Assembly: GCA_976551045.1 (NCBI GenBank)
Contig: CDPCPM010000022.1
Location: forward strand, 6,572,001 to 6,636,000
Length of the DNA: 64,000 nucleotides
DNA from: Glaucostegus cemiculus
Taxonomy: Eukaryota
Reading direction: 5' to 3'
Both the position numbers and the translations under genes were made by a program. Every line of letters starts with the position of its first letter. Positions within the stretch are counted from its first letter, which is position 1. Below, piece by piece: positions 38,150 through 50,379 of this stretch. The notes beneath the pieces are model-generated. The model was not told the DNA's origin. It was given only the letters and a program-made list of their open reading frames with translations, and made no database searches.

Positions 38150-39930
38150 CTGGATGCTGGTAAAAGGCTGCTCCCTTTATCTTTGTATCTGCACCATTGG
38201 CCTTGATGAGCCTTGAATCTCCTGCCCTATGTAGTCTCCCTTTGACTGATGCCCAGGGTAAACTGAAGGAGCATTCTTCAATGGCTGGCTAGGTGGCATG
38301 GTGAGCATGCTGCCTGAGAGGCCATGGCTGGAGGTGACTCGGCGTCCCCAAGAGGAGGAGGGACAAAAATATCCTGAGCCTGAACTTTTGGTGACTTCTC
38401 AGGGTAGTGTGTAGACAATGATGCAACAATTAGATAACGTTCACTCAGTTTCAGTCCTGTTTTATCCCCAGACCTGGAGCTGAGCTGGCTGACAGACCCA
38501 GAATCATACATCTCTGCTCCTTGCTGCGTTCAAACTTCTCAGCTGCCTATGCAATCCAAGCAAAGTTCTGCCTATGATGAAAAGGTGAACGTGATGAAAG
38601 GTATGTAGGGAGAGACATGTCACTGGTCCTGCAGAAGATAGACCAGTTCCCATTTACTACTTCTCTGGTCCTGCACAGAGTGATCTGTTAATGCATAGCC
38701 CTTTCCTGTTCAGGCAGTGGAGAACAACATCAACATGTAACATCTCTCTGTTAATGGAGAACAGCTAGCTGCTCACATGTAACATCTCTTTGCTCCTGTA
38801 GGACAGTTAGCTGCTTTTGAGTTACATCTAATGCTAACTGAGAACAGCAATCTGCAAACAGATGACATTTGCTAGATCTGGACTTCAAGCTGTTCCTGAC
38901 GTTGTGTTCCTTTAGAGCTTCAAATTGCTTTCAGGTGACGGAAAACAGACCTTGACAGAAATAAGGTAAGACTGCATGGACACAGAAAGGCTTTGTGTGG
39001 CTCCTGTCTGTGCCTTAATCAATGTATTGTCGCCAGTGTATTGTCTGTGTATTATCTGTGTATTGTCACCAGTGCCCAGCAAATAGTGCTCATGAAGCCC
39101 AGACTGGAGGTCATGATCTTCTGCGGGAAAGATGGATTTCTCCATGCTTTTGATTGGACAAGCCTGACAATGTACTAACCACCTCACTGTGCACTTGCAT
39201 CAGCCCTCTACTGAATGCACTTCAATTGTTGTCCTCATCCATTCATTGAAAACACAGACCAACACCCTCCCCCACCCACCTCACCTGACTCATCCGCAGC
39301 CCACTTCTGTCCAATGTGACTTGTGAGCCTCCAGTCTCATTTGCACATCCCTCCTGGCCCAGTCACTGAGATGGTGCTTGGGGTGTCAGGCACAATGACG
39401 CAGTGTGAACATCCACATCACCTGCATCATCCACCTCCTCCTCCTCCTCCTTCTCTTTCTCCAGAGCCCTGACCTGCTCCTCCCACTTCTCCTGTTCATT
39501 ATATTCTTCTGGGGAGAAAGAAACATGTTGCCTGTCCTAATACCCAGCTAAGGCAAAACAGAAGATCATGGGATTCTCATTCCTGGCCAAGACTGTTGAG
39601 GTTACCACCTGCCAAAGTCACCTACTAAAGGCCAGGGTCCTCACTTTCAACCAACACTGGTACACTGTACATTCCTCCTGGCCTCTTTTCCTGCACTTGG
39701 ACTTCATATAACGTTGCATGCATTGTGGAGCTCTCCCTTCTCTATAGTCTCTGTCTCCTCCCTGGTGGCAGTCATTTAGTGTCATGGGGAGTGCTGCCAA
39801 GGGGAGTGTACCTTTAAAGACCGATGCCATTCTAAAACTGGTGTACATCAAAGTCTGTTAAACGACTGCGCTAAATTGAGTGTGGTTTTGTAGGTGCCAC
39901 AGGGATCCTGCTTTAGCACAAATTTCTAGG
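38150..39930 (-). mobile_element. Probable Harbinger Myb/SANT-like (ORF2) relic with element terminus
   Basis: Minus strand 39570-39745 gives GRAP...EVQVQE...ARRNV...LWQVVTSTVLARNENP, resembling R.APRF...LV.EV..RR.VL...W..VA..V.A...PR. An acidic gag-repeat tract lies at 39430-39460, and aaatttctagg at ~39920-39930 looks terminus-like. Confidence 0.4.
38732..38857. repeat. Degenerate 42-bp tandem repeat (about 3 units)
   Basis: acatgtaacatctctctgttaatggagaacagctagctgctc / acatgtaacatctctttgctcctgtaggacagttagctgctt / ttgagttacatctaatgctaactgagaacagcaatctgc. Confidence 0.75.
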
Positions 39931-40029
39931 TTTAAACAGCCCTGTGCTGTTTTAAATGTCATTTTGACTAAATTCATATATTTTTTGTGAGGGAGCTGAT
40001 TTGTATTAAACCTGTTCCTGATTGAGCAC

Positions 40030-40112
40030 TCCAAGTTGTGGGGACATGTTCGGCACAGCTTTGTGGGCCGAAGGGCCTGAATGTGCTGTAGGTATCTATG
40101 TTCTATGTTCTA
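40030..40112 (+). mobile_element. CR1 3' terminal tip
   Basis: ggcacagctttgtgggccgaagggcctg...ctatgttctatgttcta. Confidence 0.85.
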
Positions 40113-40499
40113 AAACAAGAGTGAAATCTGATTTCTGCACTGCAATTTATTGGGTTTTAAAGAAGTTACATTCACAAAAGTAAATCTCAGGGCATCCAAT
40201 TTTCCATGAGTTTTCCCTCCCAGGGTCATTTTATGGATATAACAGGGAAACGTTACTCCCCTTGACAAACATCTCCTCTTGTTCACCACTATCATATTTC
40301 TTGCCGAATTCTCATTGGCCCTCACTTTCAAAAGTTTCCTCAACCATAACAAACTATACCATGCTCCAGTAATGAAGAGATTTTGTTTTCATGTTTTTAA
40401 TCATAAAATTGTCAACAGCCTCAAAAATCCTAAAGCTGTGCTTCACCCCAGAAATCTCACTAACGTGCTCTCCAATGTTCATCCAACTGTATTGGGACT

Positions 40500-41110
40500 A
40501 GCATACGTAAGAACACAGGACAAAGGGGCCAACACTGTCCACTACCACCGCACATCTCTCTCCTCCCATCCCTATACAAGCTCTGCTTCAACACTTTCCC
40601 ATTTTATCTCTTGATCCCCTCAGTGCGTGAAAATCTATCTGCCTCAGTCTTGAATATGTTCAACAACTTGATCGTCCACAATCTTAAGGGGAAGAAAATT
40701 CTAAAAATTTACAACCCTCTTACTGAAGAAATTCTTCTTCATTGCACATTTGTATGTCCAAAGTCTTATTTCTGATAAATTACCACAAGGTCTAAACTCT
40801 GATAGGAGTAACAAGTTTCTTAGGATCTACCAAATCAAACTTTTTAACAATTTTATACATGCCAATGAGAACGCATTTCATTCTTCAAAAGGCCCATTCC
40901 ACTCAACCTCCCTTTACAGGATTGCTGCTACTTCCCAGGATTTAGTCTTGTGAACTTTTATTGCATTCTGTCGAAGAAAGTGTATGATTGTTTAAATATA
41001 GAGACCAAATATATAAATTGCTACTGATATGGTCACACCAGAGCCCTACATAATTGTGGCAAGGCTTCCTTACCCTTAAAATGCAGCTAATGTACTCAAG
41101 ATTTACCTTG
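40500..41110 (-). mobile_element. Old CR1 3' fragment
   Basis: The reverse complement has a catacgtaagaac-type terminus, gaagaatttcttcagtaagagggttgtaaatttttagaattttcttcccc (FF...RVVN..N.LP) and L..LV.PY-like sequence. Confidence 0.7.
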
Positions 41111-41431
41111 CTCATTGATTGCTGTTCATCCATATTGATTTCCTGTAATTCATGAGGAAGGACACTCAAATTCCTCTAAATTAAGTGCAATCTCCTCATA
41201 CATTTATTAGTCACATAAATGGGATTGTCCAGAAAACCTAGGTGCTGAGAGTTCTCTTCAGTCCCTGTTCCTCTTCTGCAGCAGCTCGTACTACACTGCA
41301 CGGCCTCAAGTCTTCCTTCCATCTGTCCTGCAGAGCATGGGTCAGCCCTAGCAAGGTAGCAGTGACTAAGTACTCCATTTTTCCAGATGACTCCTGTAAA
41401 GTATTCAGCACAATACAACAACAGAGCATCC

Positions 41432-42109
41432 AATCATGTTTGTGAACTCAGAGAGTAATATCTCCTCCTCGCTGACAGTCAACACAGGCGAACCTCAAGG
41501 ATGTGTGCTTAGCCTACTGTTCTACTCCCTCTACACTCATGACTGTGTGGCTAAACACAGCTCAAACGCTATCTTTAAATTCGCAGATGACATCACTATT
41601 ACTGATAAAATCTCAAATGGCGACGAGGAGGCGTACAGGAGTGAGATAGATCATCTGGCTGAGTGGTATTGCAACAACAACCTCACACAATGTCAGCAAG
41701 ACCAAAGAATTGATTGTGGACTTCAGGAAGCAGAGGTCAGGTGACTACACGCCAGTCCTCATTGAGGGGGTCAGCGGTGGAAAGGGTGAGCAGCTTCAAG
41801 TTCCTGGCGTCAACATCTCAGAGGATCTATCCTGGGCCCAACACATTGATGCAATCGTGAAGAAGGCAAGCTAGTGGCTCTATTTCTGAAAGGTGTATGG
41901 GTAGGATAATTTGGGGGTTAAAAATGGGCGGCGTGGACTCGGAGGGCCGAAAGGGCCTGTTACCACGCTGTAAATAAAATTTTTAAAAATTTTAAATTTT
42001 AAATTTTAAAAAAATTTAAAATTCATTAGGAGTTTGAGGAGATTTGGTATGTAACCAAATTTCACATCATACTGTATGTCAGTGATAATAAACCTGATTC
42101 TGATTCTGA
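41432..42109 (+). mobile_element. Rex1/Babar LINE fragment with internal deletion and SINE insertion
   Basis: ORF 41436-41744 reads [40 protein letters not shown]. The 3' end is gtgataataaacctgattctgattctga. Confidence 0.92.
41893..42022 (+). mobile_element. 3' part of CR1-tailed V-SINE with expanded (aaaattttt)n tail
   Basis: gggtaggataatttgggggttaaaaatgggcggcgtggactc...gggccgaaagggcctgttaccacgctgtaaataaaattt matches 34388-34470. Confidence 0.88.
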
Positions 42110-42439
42110 ATTTCCTAGAAAGATTTTTGGAGTATTGAAGTGTTCTCTCAACGTGTCTCAAAGTTCCTCTTCAAACACCAGGTGGTCGATCATCTCCACT
42201 GTCATTTGAAAAACAAAACTAAGGCAACACTCAAAATCTTCTGGGGCATGTTCACTTTACTCTGCCCCAGAGTTAGTGCTACCGACCAAATGATGTGCAA
42301 ACATCAGCAGTTAACTTGATTATCAGGGAAGTCCTTAATGATGCTCCAGTTGATCATTACTAATGTGAAGTTTGAGTCCTTCGCTGAGAAATTGTTGAGC
42401 ACTAAACATGGACTGAACTGATATTGCAGGTGAAGATAG

Positions 42440-42648
42440 AAACAGGGAATGCTGGAAATACTCAGCAGGTCAGTTAGCAAGAAAGGAACAGAGGCAATGT
42501 TTCAGGTCAATAAGCTTTCATCAGAACTAGTTCGCTTGAGAAACTTTAACTCTGTGTCTTGCTCTGGAGAAATTGTCTGGTCTGCTGAATGTTTGTAGCA
42601 TTTTCCGTTTATCTTTCAGATTTTCGGCATCTACAGCCTTTTATTTGT
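42440..42648. mobile_element. Older palindromic Penelope-type pseudo-LTR pair
   Basis: Arms aatgctggaaatactcagcaggtcag / ctggtctgctgaatgtttgtagcatt. The minus strand carries ctgatgaa-agcttattgacct-gaaa-catt at ~42496-42525. Confidence 0.75.
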
Positions 42649-43756
42649 CAATTGAAGCTAAACATCTTATTTTGGCCTCTCCAGAAGTTCTTAAGCCATT
42701 AAATTATCCAAAGAATATCAGCCCACCACCCCCCTCCGCCCCAGGCCTCTTGGCTAGATATAAATCCAACTACTCCCCTCTGAACTTCTTTTCTCAAGGG
42801 CTCTATATCAACCAATATTAAAAATGCGCACATCACTTAGAATGAAGCTGTGCCAAAGTCTTTTAGGAATGATATAGTATATCTTTGTTTTACATTTGAT
42901 CAGACTTATAAGCTCTCTATTTGCTTTTATTATAATCCCATAGCTCCATTTGGAAACCTTCAGATATTCATATGGTATGACAACTTGCGTACAATGAGGT
43001 CTTTCTCCTGTCAACATCCTGAATCTCACATGGTGTGTACTTGTATTTCAATATGTAAGCACTATGCTGTGCTGTGCTCAATTCTGGCAGTAGTGTGGAG
43101 CTTATGCCCAAATCATTTCAAACAGCTTCCTGTTCTCTAAAATTGTGTCAAAACAATGACAGGATCATAACTGCAGCATTGGATCAAGGTATAAATTGCT
43201 TTGTATATTTTAGACTGAAAACACAAGCAATGCTCGACCAGCTTATCCCTTTAATGGATACTAGAAACCTGTCACATGGAGTTATTCAGACAACGAATCA
43301 GTCGTTCACATAACTGCATTTCACCATCAATGTGCAGACTGTGGTTATTCATTTAATTGTTTTCACTTTTTTCCACTTTTTGCAAGCATGTTTATTATCA
43401 AGATGTAAGACATTTCCCTGCTTGTGATTTTCTTTTCTAAATTAAGAACACATTCCAATTGAAAATTCATGGGATGCACTGCTTGGAAATTTAATTTTCA
43501 TTGTACTCTTCTTAATGGTAAAGCTTGATAATGACTGTTTTTGGCTCCCTTTGTGTTACTTGGAAAATTCCTGTTGGGAGCCACCCCACAATTTCTGCAT
43601 CCGGGCTCCATATGAGGATTTTATTCCCAATGCAACAACCTTTTTGGAGCACTGCTATAAAACTTGGATCACATTGCCCTGGGGATTCCCATTGTTAGGC
43701 TTGAGAGACAACCTAGTCTCCAATCCCAACCTGGAATCAAATATGGAGGGCTGATC

Positions 43757-44786
43757 CCCCTTGCCAATCTTCAACACAGGTGCACCTCAAGGCTGCGTGC
43801 TTAGTGCCCTGCTCTACTATCTATACACACATGACTGTGTGGCTAAGCACAGCTCCAATGCCACCTTCAAATTCGCCAATGACACAACTGTTGTTGGATG
43901 AAACACAAGAGGCGATGAGTTAGCGTCCCGGACTGAGATGGGGCACCTGGTTGAGTGGTGCGGTGACTACCATCTCACGCTCAACATCAGTAGAACTGAA
44001 AAGCTGATGGTGACTTTAGGAAGGGGAAGAAGAGTGAACATGGGGGATCAGCGGTGGAGAGAGTCAACAGCTTTAAATTCCTCGCCGTTAACATATCAGA
44101 TGACCTCTCCTGGGCCTAGCACTTAGATGTAATCATAAGGAAAGCACACCAGCTTAGGAGGTTAAGGAGGTTCAGCTTGTTACTGAATGCTCCAACAAAC
44201 TTCTACGGATGTACTGTTGAGAGTATCCTGACTGCTTGCATCATGGTCTGGTACAGCAATTCAAATGCACAGGAATGTAAGAAGCTGCAGAACATAGTGA
44301 ACATAGCCCAATACATCACAGGCACATCCCTCCCCACCATCGGTAGTATCTACACAAGGCGTTGCCTCAAGAAGGCAGCATCCATCATCGAAGATCCCCA
44401 CTATCTGGACCATGCCATCTTTTTGCAGCTACCATCAGGCGGGAGGTACAGAGGCCTGCAATCCCACACCAGCAGGTTCAAGAACAGCTACTTCTCTTCA
44501 ACCATTCAGCTCTTGAACCAACCGCTAAACCCTAATCACTACAGTTTAGCAACACTATGACCAGTTTGATTACTTTGCACTGAAATTCTTTGTTTTACTT
44601 TTGTTCTAATTGTGTTCTTTCTTGTAAAAATTGTGTGTAATTTATGTTTAAGTTGTGCTTTTCTTATGAATGCTGCTTAAATGATTCTCTGTGCCTGTAA
44701 TGCTGCTGCAAGTAAGTATTTCACTACACCTGTGCATACGTGTACTTGTGCAGATGACAGTAAACCTGACAATAAACTCGACTTGT
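43757..44786 (+). mobile_element. Rex1/Babar LINE (second subfamily), 5'-truncated
   Basis: NTGAPQGCVLSALLY, KFANDTTVVG and ORF 44177-44560 FYGCTVESILTACIMVWY...LPSGGRYR...RFKNSYF. The tail is gacaataaactcgacttg. Confidence 0.93.
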
Positions 44787-44787
44787 T

Positions 44788-45080
44788 TAAGATAAGATTA
44801 AGATATCTTTATTAGTCACATGTACATCAAAACACACAGTGAGCTGCATCTTTTGCATGGTGTTCTAGGGGCAGCCCACAAGTGTCGCCATGCTTCCTGT
44901 GCCAATGTAGCATGCCCACAACTTCCTAACCCATACGTCCTTTGAAGGAAACCAGAGCGCCCGGAGGAAACCCATGCAGACACGGGGAGAATGTACAAAC
45001 TCCTTACAGACAGTGGCCGGAATTGAACTGGGGTCACTGGCGCTGTAAAGCATTACATTACCCGCTACACAACCGTGCCT
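44788..45080 (-). mobile_element. V-SINE with Rex1-type tail, tail-to-tail with the Rex1 copy
   Basis: Near-identical to 4285-4574, with a small deletion in the V-domain. Confidence 0.93.
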
Positions 45081-45087
45081 GCATTTG

Positions 45088-45497
45088 TGAGGTCAGACTG
45101 GAGAGTCAGGGTTTATTTCCTTGGAACTGAAGAGGCTGAAGGGGTATTCTGACTGAGGGGCACAGACAAGGTAGATAATAGGAAAGTTTTCCCCATAACA
45201 GACATGCCAAAAACTGAGGACATAGGTTTGGAGTAAGGGGGAGGCAAGATTGAAAGGGAATCTGAGGTAGGATTTTTTCACCCAGAGGGTGGTAGGAAGC
45301 TAAAACACACCACCTGAGAGAACAGATACTCTCACAATATCAGGAAGTATCAGGACAAGTACTTGAATTGACAAGGAATGGAAGATCATGGATCACATGC
45401 TGGTAAATAGTGTTAATGTAGATGCAGAAATACTTGACGGTTGGCATGGTCACTGTGGGCGGCAGGACCTATTTCTGTGCTATAACATTCTATGACT
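45088..45497 (+). mobile_element. CR1 3' fragment
   Basis: RLES.GLFSLELKRLKG, FFTQRVVGS and tail tgtgctataacattctatgact. Confidence 0.85.
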
Positions 45498-46216
45498 TCT
45501 TCAAAGCTTTGCTTCCCCCTTAATCCCAGCATTAAAAGTACCCTTGCCCAACAACCCCAATCTCCGCGACCACCACTTCCTCTCACAGGCTGATCTCCTG
45601 CCCTCCTATTGCACTGCTCCACTTCCTTTCCACACAAAAATAGTGGTGGTATGAATCTTTATCTGCACAACCCCACCCTCCAACAACTCTACAGTGATCG
45701 CGTTCCTCTGCCCATGACCAAAGTTTGGCCAACTACGTCAGATCAAGCCAGTTGCCAACTTTCGAAATTTGGCTTGTGAGAGAAGGAAGCAGACAGTATA
45801 TTTGTAACCATGAAACCGAGGAACATCCTGGTCTGTTCAGAATGAGGGTTCAGGACTCAGTTAGAGAGGGACTGTATGTACTGGCCTTGTCAGTGCTGTC
45901 ACACTCTGAAAAAGTAACAGGATTATTATTCAAATATTGAAATTAATCTCCTGAACTTTAAAACAAATGAAAGGAAAATCTGTGGTATGTGATTCACTTA
46001 TTGTTTTCCTTCAGTCCAGATGACATTTAAAGCAGAGGTAATAAGGATGAAAATTGACTTCACACCTCAGCTTAGAGAAAAAATCATAAGATTCAAGGGA
46101 TGCACGTAAATAAAAGAAACGACATTCTGCCTTTCTTAATATCAAAAGCAAGTATAGGCAATTATTTTTATTTTATTTATTCATTTTCAGGATATGGGCA
46201 TTGCTGGCAAGGTTGG

Positions 46217-46789
46217 TATTGGTATTGGTTTATTATTGTCACTTGTACTGAGGTACAGTGAAAAACTTGCCTTGCGTACCAATCGTACAGGTCAATTCAT
46301 TACACAGTGCAGTTACATTGAGTTAATACAGAGTGCCTTGATGTAGTACAGGTAAAAACAATAACAGTATAGAGTAAAGTGTCACAGCTACAGAGAAAGT
46401 GCAGTGCAATAAAGTGCAAGGTCACAACAAAGTAGATTGTGAGGTCATAGCCCATCTCATTGTATAAGGGAATCATTCAATAGTCTTATCACAGTGGGAA
46501 AGTAGCTGTCCTTAAGCTTGCTGGTACGTGCCCTCAGGCTCCTGTATCTTCTGCCTGATGGAAGAGGAGAGAAGACAGTATGACTCAGGTGGGTGGGGTT
46601 TTTGATTATGTTGGCTGCTTCGCCAAGGCAGCAAGAGGTAAAGACAGAGTCCAAGGAGGGGAGGTTGGTTTTGGTGATGTGCTGGGCTGTGTCCACAACT
46701 CTCTGCAGTTTCTTGTGGTCCTGGGCAGAGCAGTTGCCTACCAAGCTGTGGTGCATCCAGATAGGTCAGATAGATCAAATCCAGGTTCA
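46217..46789 (-). mobile_element. Rex1/Babar 3' fragment with 8-bp TSD
   Basis: ORF 46457-46756 reads GNCSAQDHKKLQRVVDTAQHIT...LPSGRRYRSLRARTSKLKDSYFP. The tail is (ccaata)n. aaggttgg at 46209-46216 and aaggctgg at 46790-46797 flank it. Confidence 0.93.
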
Positions 46790-47494
46790 AAGGCTGGCAC
46801 TTATTGTCCATTCCTGATTGTCCTCAGAAGAGCATTGGTGAGCAACCTTCTTGAACAGTTGCAGTCCTCCTGGGAAAGGTACTCCCACAGTGTGTTACAG
46901 TAGGGAGCAAATATTCACACGCTTGGCCAGCTATGCTGAAAGCACAGCCATATATTTTACAAGTCAGAATGGCATATATGCTGGAGGAAAACTGCACTAG
47001 GTGGTGTTCCAATGCACCCACTACCCTTTTCTCTTTGGTCGTTTGGGTGGTGCTATTGGAGTTGCCTAGGTAGATAGTACACACTGCAGCCACTGTGCAG
47101 CAGTGGAGGGAGTGAATGCTTAGGGTAGTTGATGGGGTTTCAATCAAGTGGGATGCTTTGTTCTAGATGGAGCTGAGCTTCTTGATTATCATTGGAACCC
47201 CATTTATTCAGCAGGTAACTGCAGTGCATTTGATAGATGGTCCAGACTGCAGCATGATGTGCTGGTAGTGGATGGAATGAGTATTTAAGGTGGTGAATTG
47301 GATGGAGCTGTCTGGGCATTTTTCCACATTTTCAGGTAAATGCAAGTATTGGAACTGGGACAACTTGGTTAGGGCTGCATCCTCTGTACTACAGCTGGGA
47401 TGTTGTCCGTTTCCAGAACCTTTGTTGTATCCAGCGCTCTCAGCCATTTCTTGATACCATGCAGAGCAGCGCAAATTAACTGGACTCTGTGATG

Positions 47495-50045
47495 ATGGGG
47501 ATCTCAGGAGGAATGGAGCAATCACTCTGTTGGGAGTGTACTTACAGACTTCCCACAGTATTCTACAGGGTATTTCTACAGAGTATTCCACAGATTTTGG
47601 AAAGGTGCAAAAATAACAGGGTTGTTGTCAAGGGTGATTTCATCCTCCCTAATATTGATTGACACCTCCTTAGTGTAAAGGGGATAGAAGGGGCAGAGTT
47701 TGTCAGGAGAGTCCAGGAAAGATTCCTGACACAGTATGTGGATAGGCTGATGAGAGGAAAGGCCATTCTGGACCTGGTACTAGGCAATGAGCCTGGTCAG
47801 GTTTCAGATCTCTCAGTGGGACAGCATTTTGGAGACAGTGACCATAACTCCTTGACCTTTTCCCTTAGCCTTGGAGAGGGATAGGAGCAGACAATATGGG
47901 AAAGTATTTAATCGGAGGAGGGGGAATTATGATGCTATTAGGTAGGTACTTGGGAGCGTAAATTGGGAACATATGTTCTTGGGGAAGTGCACAATGAATA
48001 TGGAGGTTGTTTAGGGAGTACTTGCAAGGGGTTCTGGACAGGTTTGTCCCATTGAGGCAGGATAGGGACGGTAGAGTGCAGGAACTGTGATTGACAAGAG
48101 ATGTAGAATATCTTGTCAAGGAGAATAAAGAGGCTTACCAAAGGTTTATAAAGTAAGGATCAGACAGAGCTCTGAAGAGTTACAAGGTAGCCAGGAGAGA
48201 CGTTAAGAATGGACTTAGGACAGTGAGAAGGGGACATGAGAAGGCCTTGGAGAGCTGGATTAAGGAAAACTCCAGGGCATTCTATACATATGTGAATTAT
48301 AGGAAGATGACTAGAGTGAGGGTAGGACCAACCAGGGATAAAAGAGGAAACATGTGCCTGGAAATGGAAGAGGTGGGGTAGGTCCTTAATGAATTCTTTG
48401 CTTCAGTATTCACCAGTGAGGGAGACCTTGACATTTGCGAGGATGGCGCACAACAGGCTGAAGCATGTCGACTTGAAGAAAGAGGATGGACTGGAGCTTT
48501 TGAAAAACATTAGGATACATATGTCACCAGGGTCAGACGAGATATATCCAAGGTTATTATGGGAATCAAGGGAAGAGATTTCTGCACCTTTGGCAATGAT
48601 CTTTGCATCCTCACTGGCCACAGGAGTAGTGCCAGATGATTGGAGGGAGGCAAACCCTGGGAATTACAGACCAGTGAGTCTTACTTCAGTGGTGGGCAAA
48701 TTACTGGAGAAGATTCTTAGAGACAGGACTTACGGGCATTTGGAGAAGCACAGGTTGATTAGGGACAGTCAGCATTGCTCTGTGAGGGGCAGGTCATGCC
48801 TCACAAGCCTGATTGAATTCTTTGAGGATATGACAAAGCACATTGATGAAGATGGAACAGTGGATGTGGTGTACATGGATTTTAGTAAAGCGTTTGATAA
48901 GGTTCCTCATGGAAGGCTCATTTGAAAAGTCAGGAGGCAGAGGATCCAGAGAAACTTGGCTGTGTGGATTCAGAATTGGTTCGCCCATAAGAAATAGAGG
49001 GTGCTTGTACATGGAGAGTATTCTGCCTGGAGGTCAGTGACAAGTGGTGTTCTACAGGGATCTGTTCTGGGACCCCTGCTCTTTGTGATTTTTATAAATG
49101 ACTTGGATGAGGATGTGGAAAGGTGGTTAGTAAGTCAGCAGATGGCACGAAGGTTGGTAATGTTGTGCATAGTGTAGAAGGTTGCTGTAAGTTACAACAG
49201 GACATTGATAGGATGCAGAGCTGGGCTGAGAAGTGGCAGATGGAGTTCAAACCAGATAAGTGTGAAGTAGTACAGTTTGGAAGATCATCTTTGAAGTCAG
49301 AATACAAGGTTAATAGCAGGACTCTTGGCAGTGTGGAGGAACAGAGGGATCTTGGGGTTCACATCCATAGATCCCTCAAAGTTGCCTCACAGGTTAATAG
49401 GGTTGTTAAGAAGGTGTATGGAGTGTTGGCCTTCACTAGTTAGGGTATTGAGTTCAAAAGCCATGAGGTAATGTTGCAGCTCTATAGAACTCTGGTTGGA
49501 CCACACTTGGAGTATTATGTTCAGTTCTGGTTGCCTCATTATAGGAAGGATGTGGAAGCTTTAGAGAGGGTGCAGAGGAGATTTACCAGGATGCTACCTG
49601 GATTCAAGAGCATGTCTTATGAGGATGGGTTGAGCGAGCTAGGGCTTTTCTCTTTGGAGCAAAGAAGGATGAAAGGTGACTTGATAGAGATGTACAAGAT
49701 GATAAGAGGCATAGATCGAGTGAACAGTCGGGGACTTTTTCCCAGGGTGAAAATGGCTAACACGAGGGGATATAATTTTAAGGTGATTCGAGGAAGTTAT
49801 AAGGGGGATATCAGAGGTAAGTTTTTTACACAGAGAGTGGTGGGTGTATGGAACGCACTGCCAGCAGTGGTTGTGGGGACAGGTATATTGGGAACATTTA
49901 AGAGACTCTGAGATAGCCACATGAATGATGGAAAAATGGAGGGCCATGTGGGAGGGAAGGGTTAGATAGATCTTAGAGCAGGATAAAATGTCAGCACAAT
50001 ATCATGGGCTGAAGGGCCTGTACTGTGTTGTAATGTTCTTTGTTC
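47495..50045 (+). mobile_element. Long (2.55 kb) CR1 ORF2 pseudogene: partial endonuclease + RT + 3' UTR
   Basis: [89 protein letters not shown] and LVGPHLEYYVQFW. It has many stops and frameshifts and a CR1 3' hairpin and tail. Confidence 0.96.
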
Positions 50046-50254
50046 CAAGCTGAGACAAATCATCTAGAGTGGCACTTCTGGTTGAACATGATTGTGAACT
50101 CCTCAATCTTGTCTTCAACACTCAGGTGTTGGGCCCCAGTATCATTGAGGATGTAAATGGTTTTTGGAGTCTGCTCCTCCATTTGCTGTTTACCTGTCCA
50201 CCATTATTTATGACTAGACATAGTAGGATTTCAGAACTCCAATCTGATATGATC

Positions 50255-50379
50255 AGGTGGATCTGTGGAAGGAGAACAGAATTAACATTTCAGGTCCAAG
50301 ATCCTTCATTCCTGCTGAATGTTTCCAGCACTTTCTGTTTTATTTCAATTTCCAGAATATATAGTTATTTTGATTTCCA
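50255..50379. mobile_element. Deleted Penelope-type palindromic fragment with 8-bp TSD
   Basis: atctgtggaaggagaacagaattaacatttcaggtc...ctgctgaatgtttccagcactttctgttttatttca. atatgatc occurs at 50247-50254 and 50380-50387. Confidence 0.65.

Noticed and set aside
38732-38857. CRISPR-like or other repeat-spacer array
   Set aside because: This is eukaryotic DNA, the units are contiguous degenerate tandem repeats without spacers, and no cas genes are present.
48389-49911. RT ORFs as a functional gene
   Set aside because: They are fragments of a 5'-truncated CR1 with several stops and frameshifts and a mutated FADD motif (SADG).
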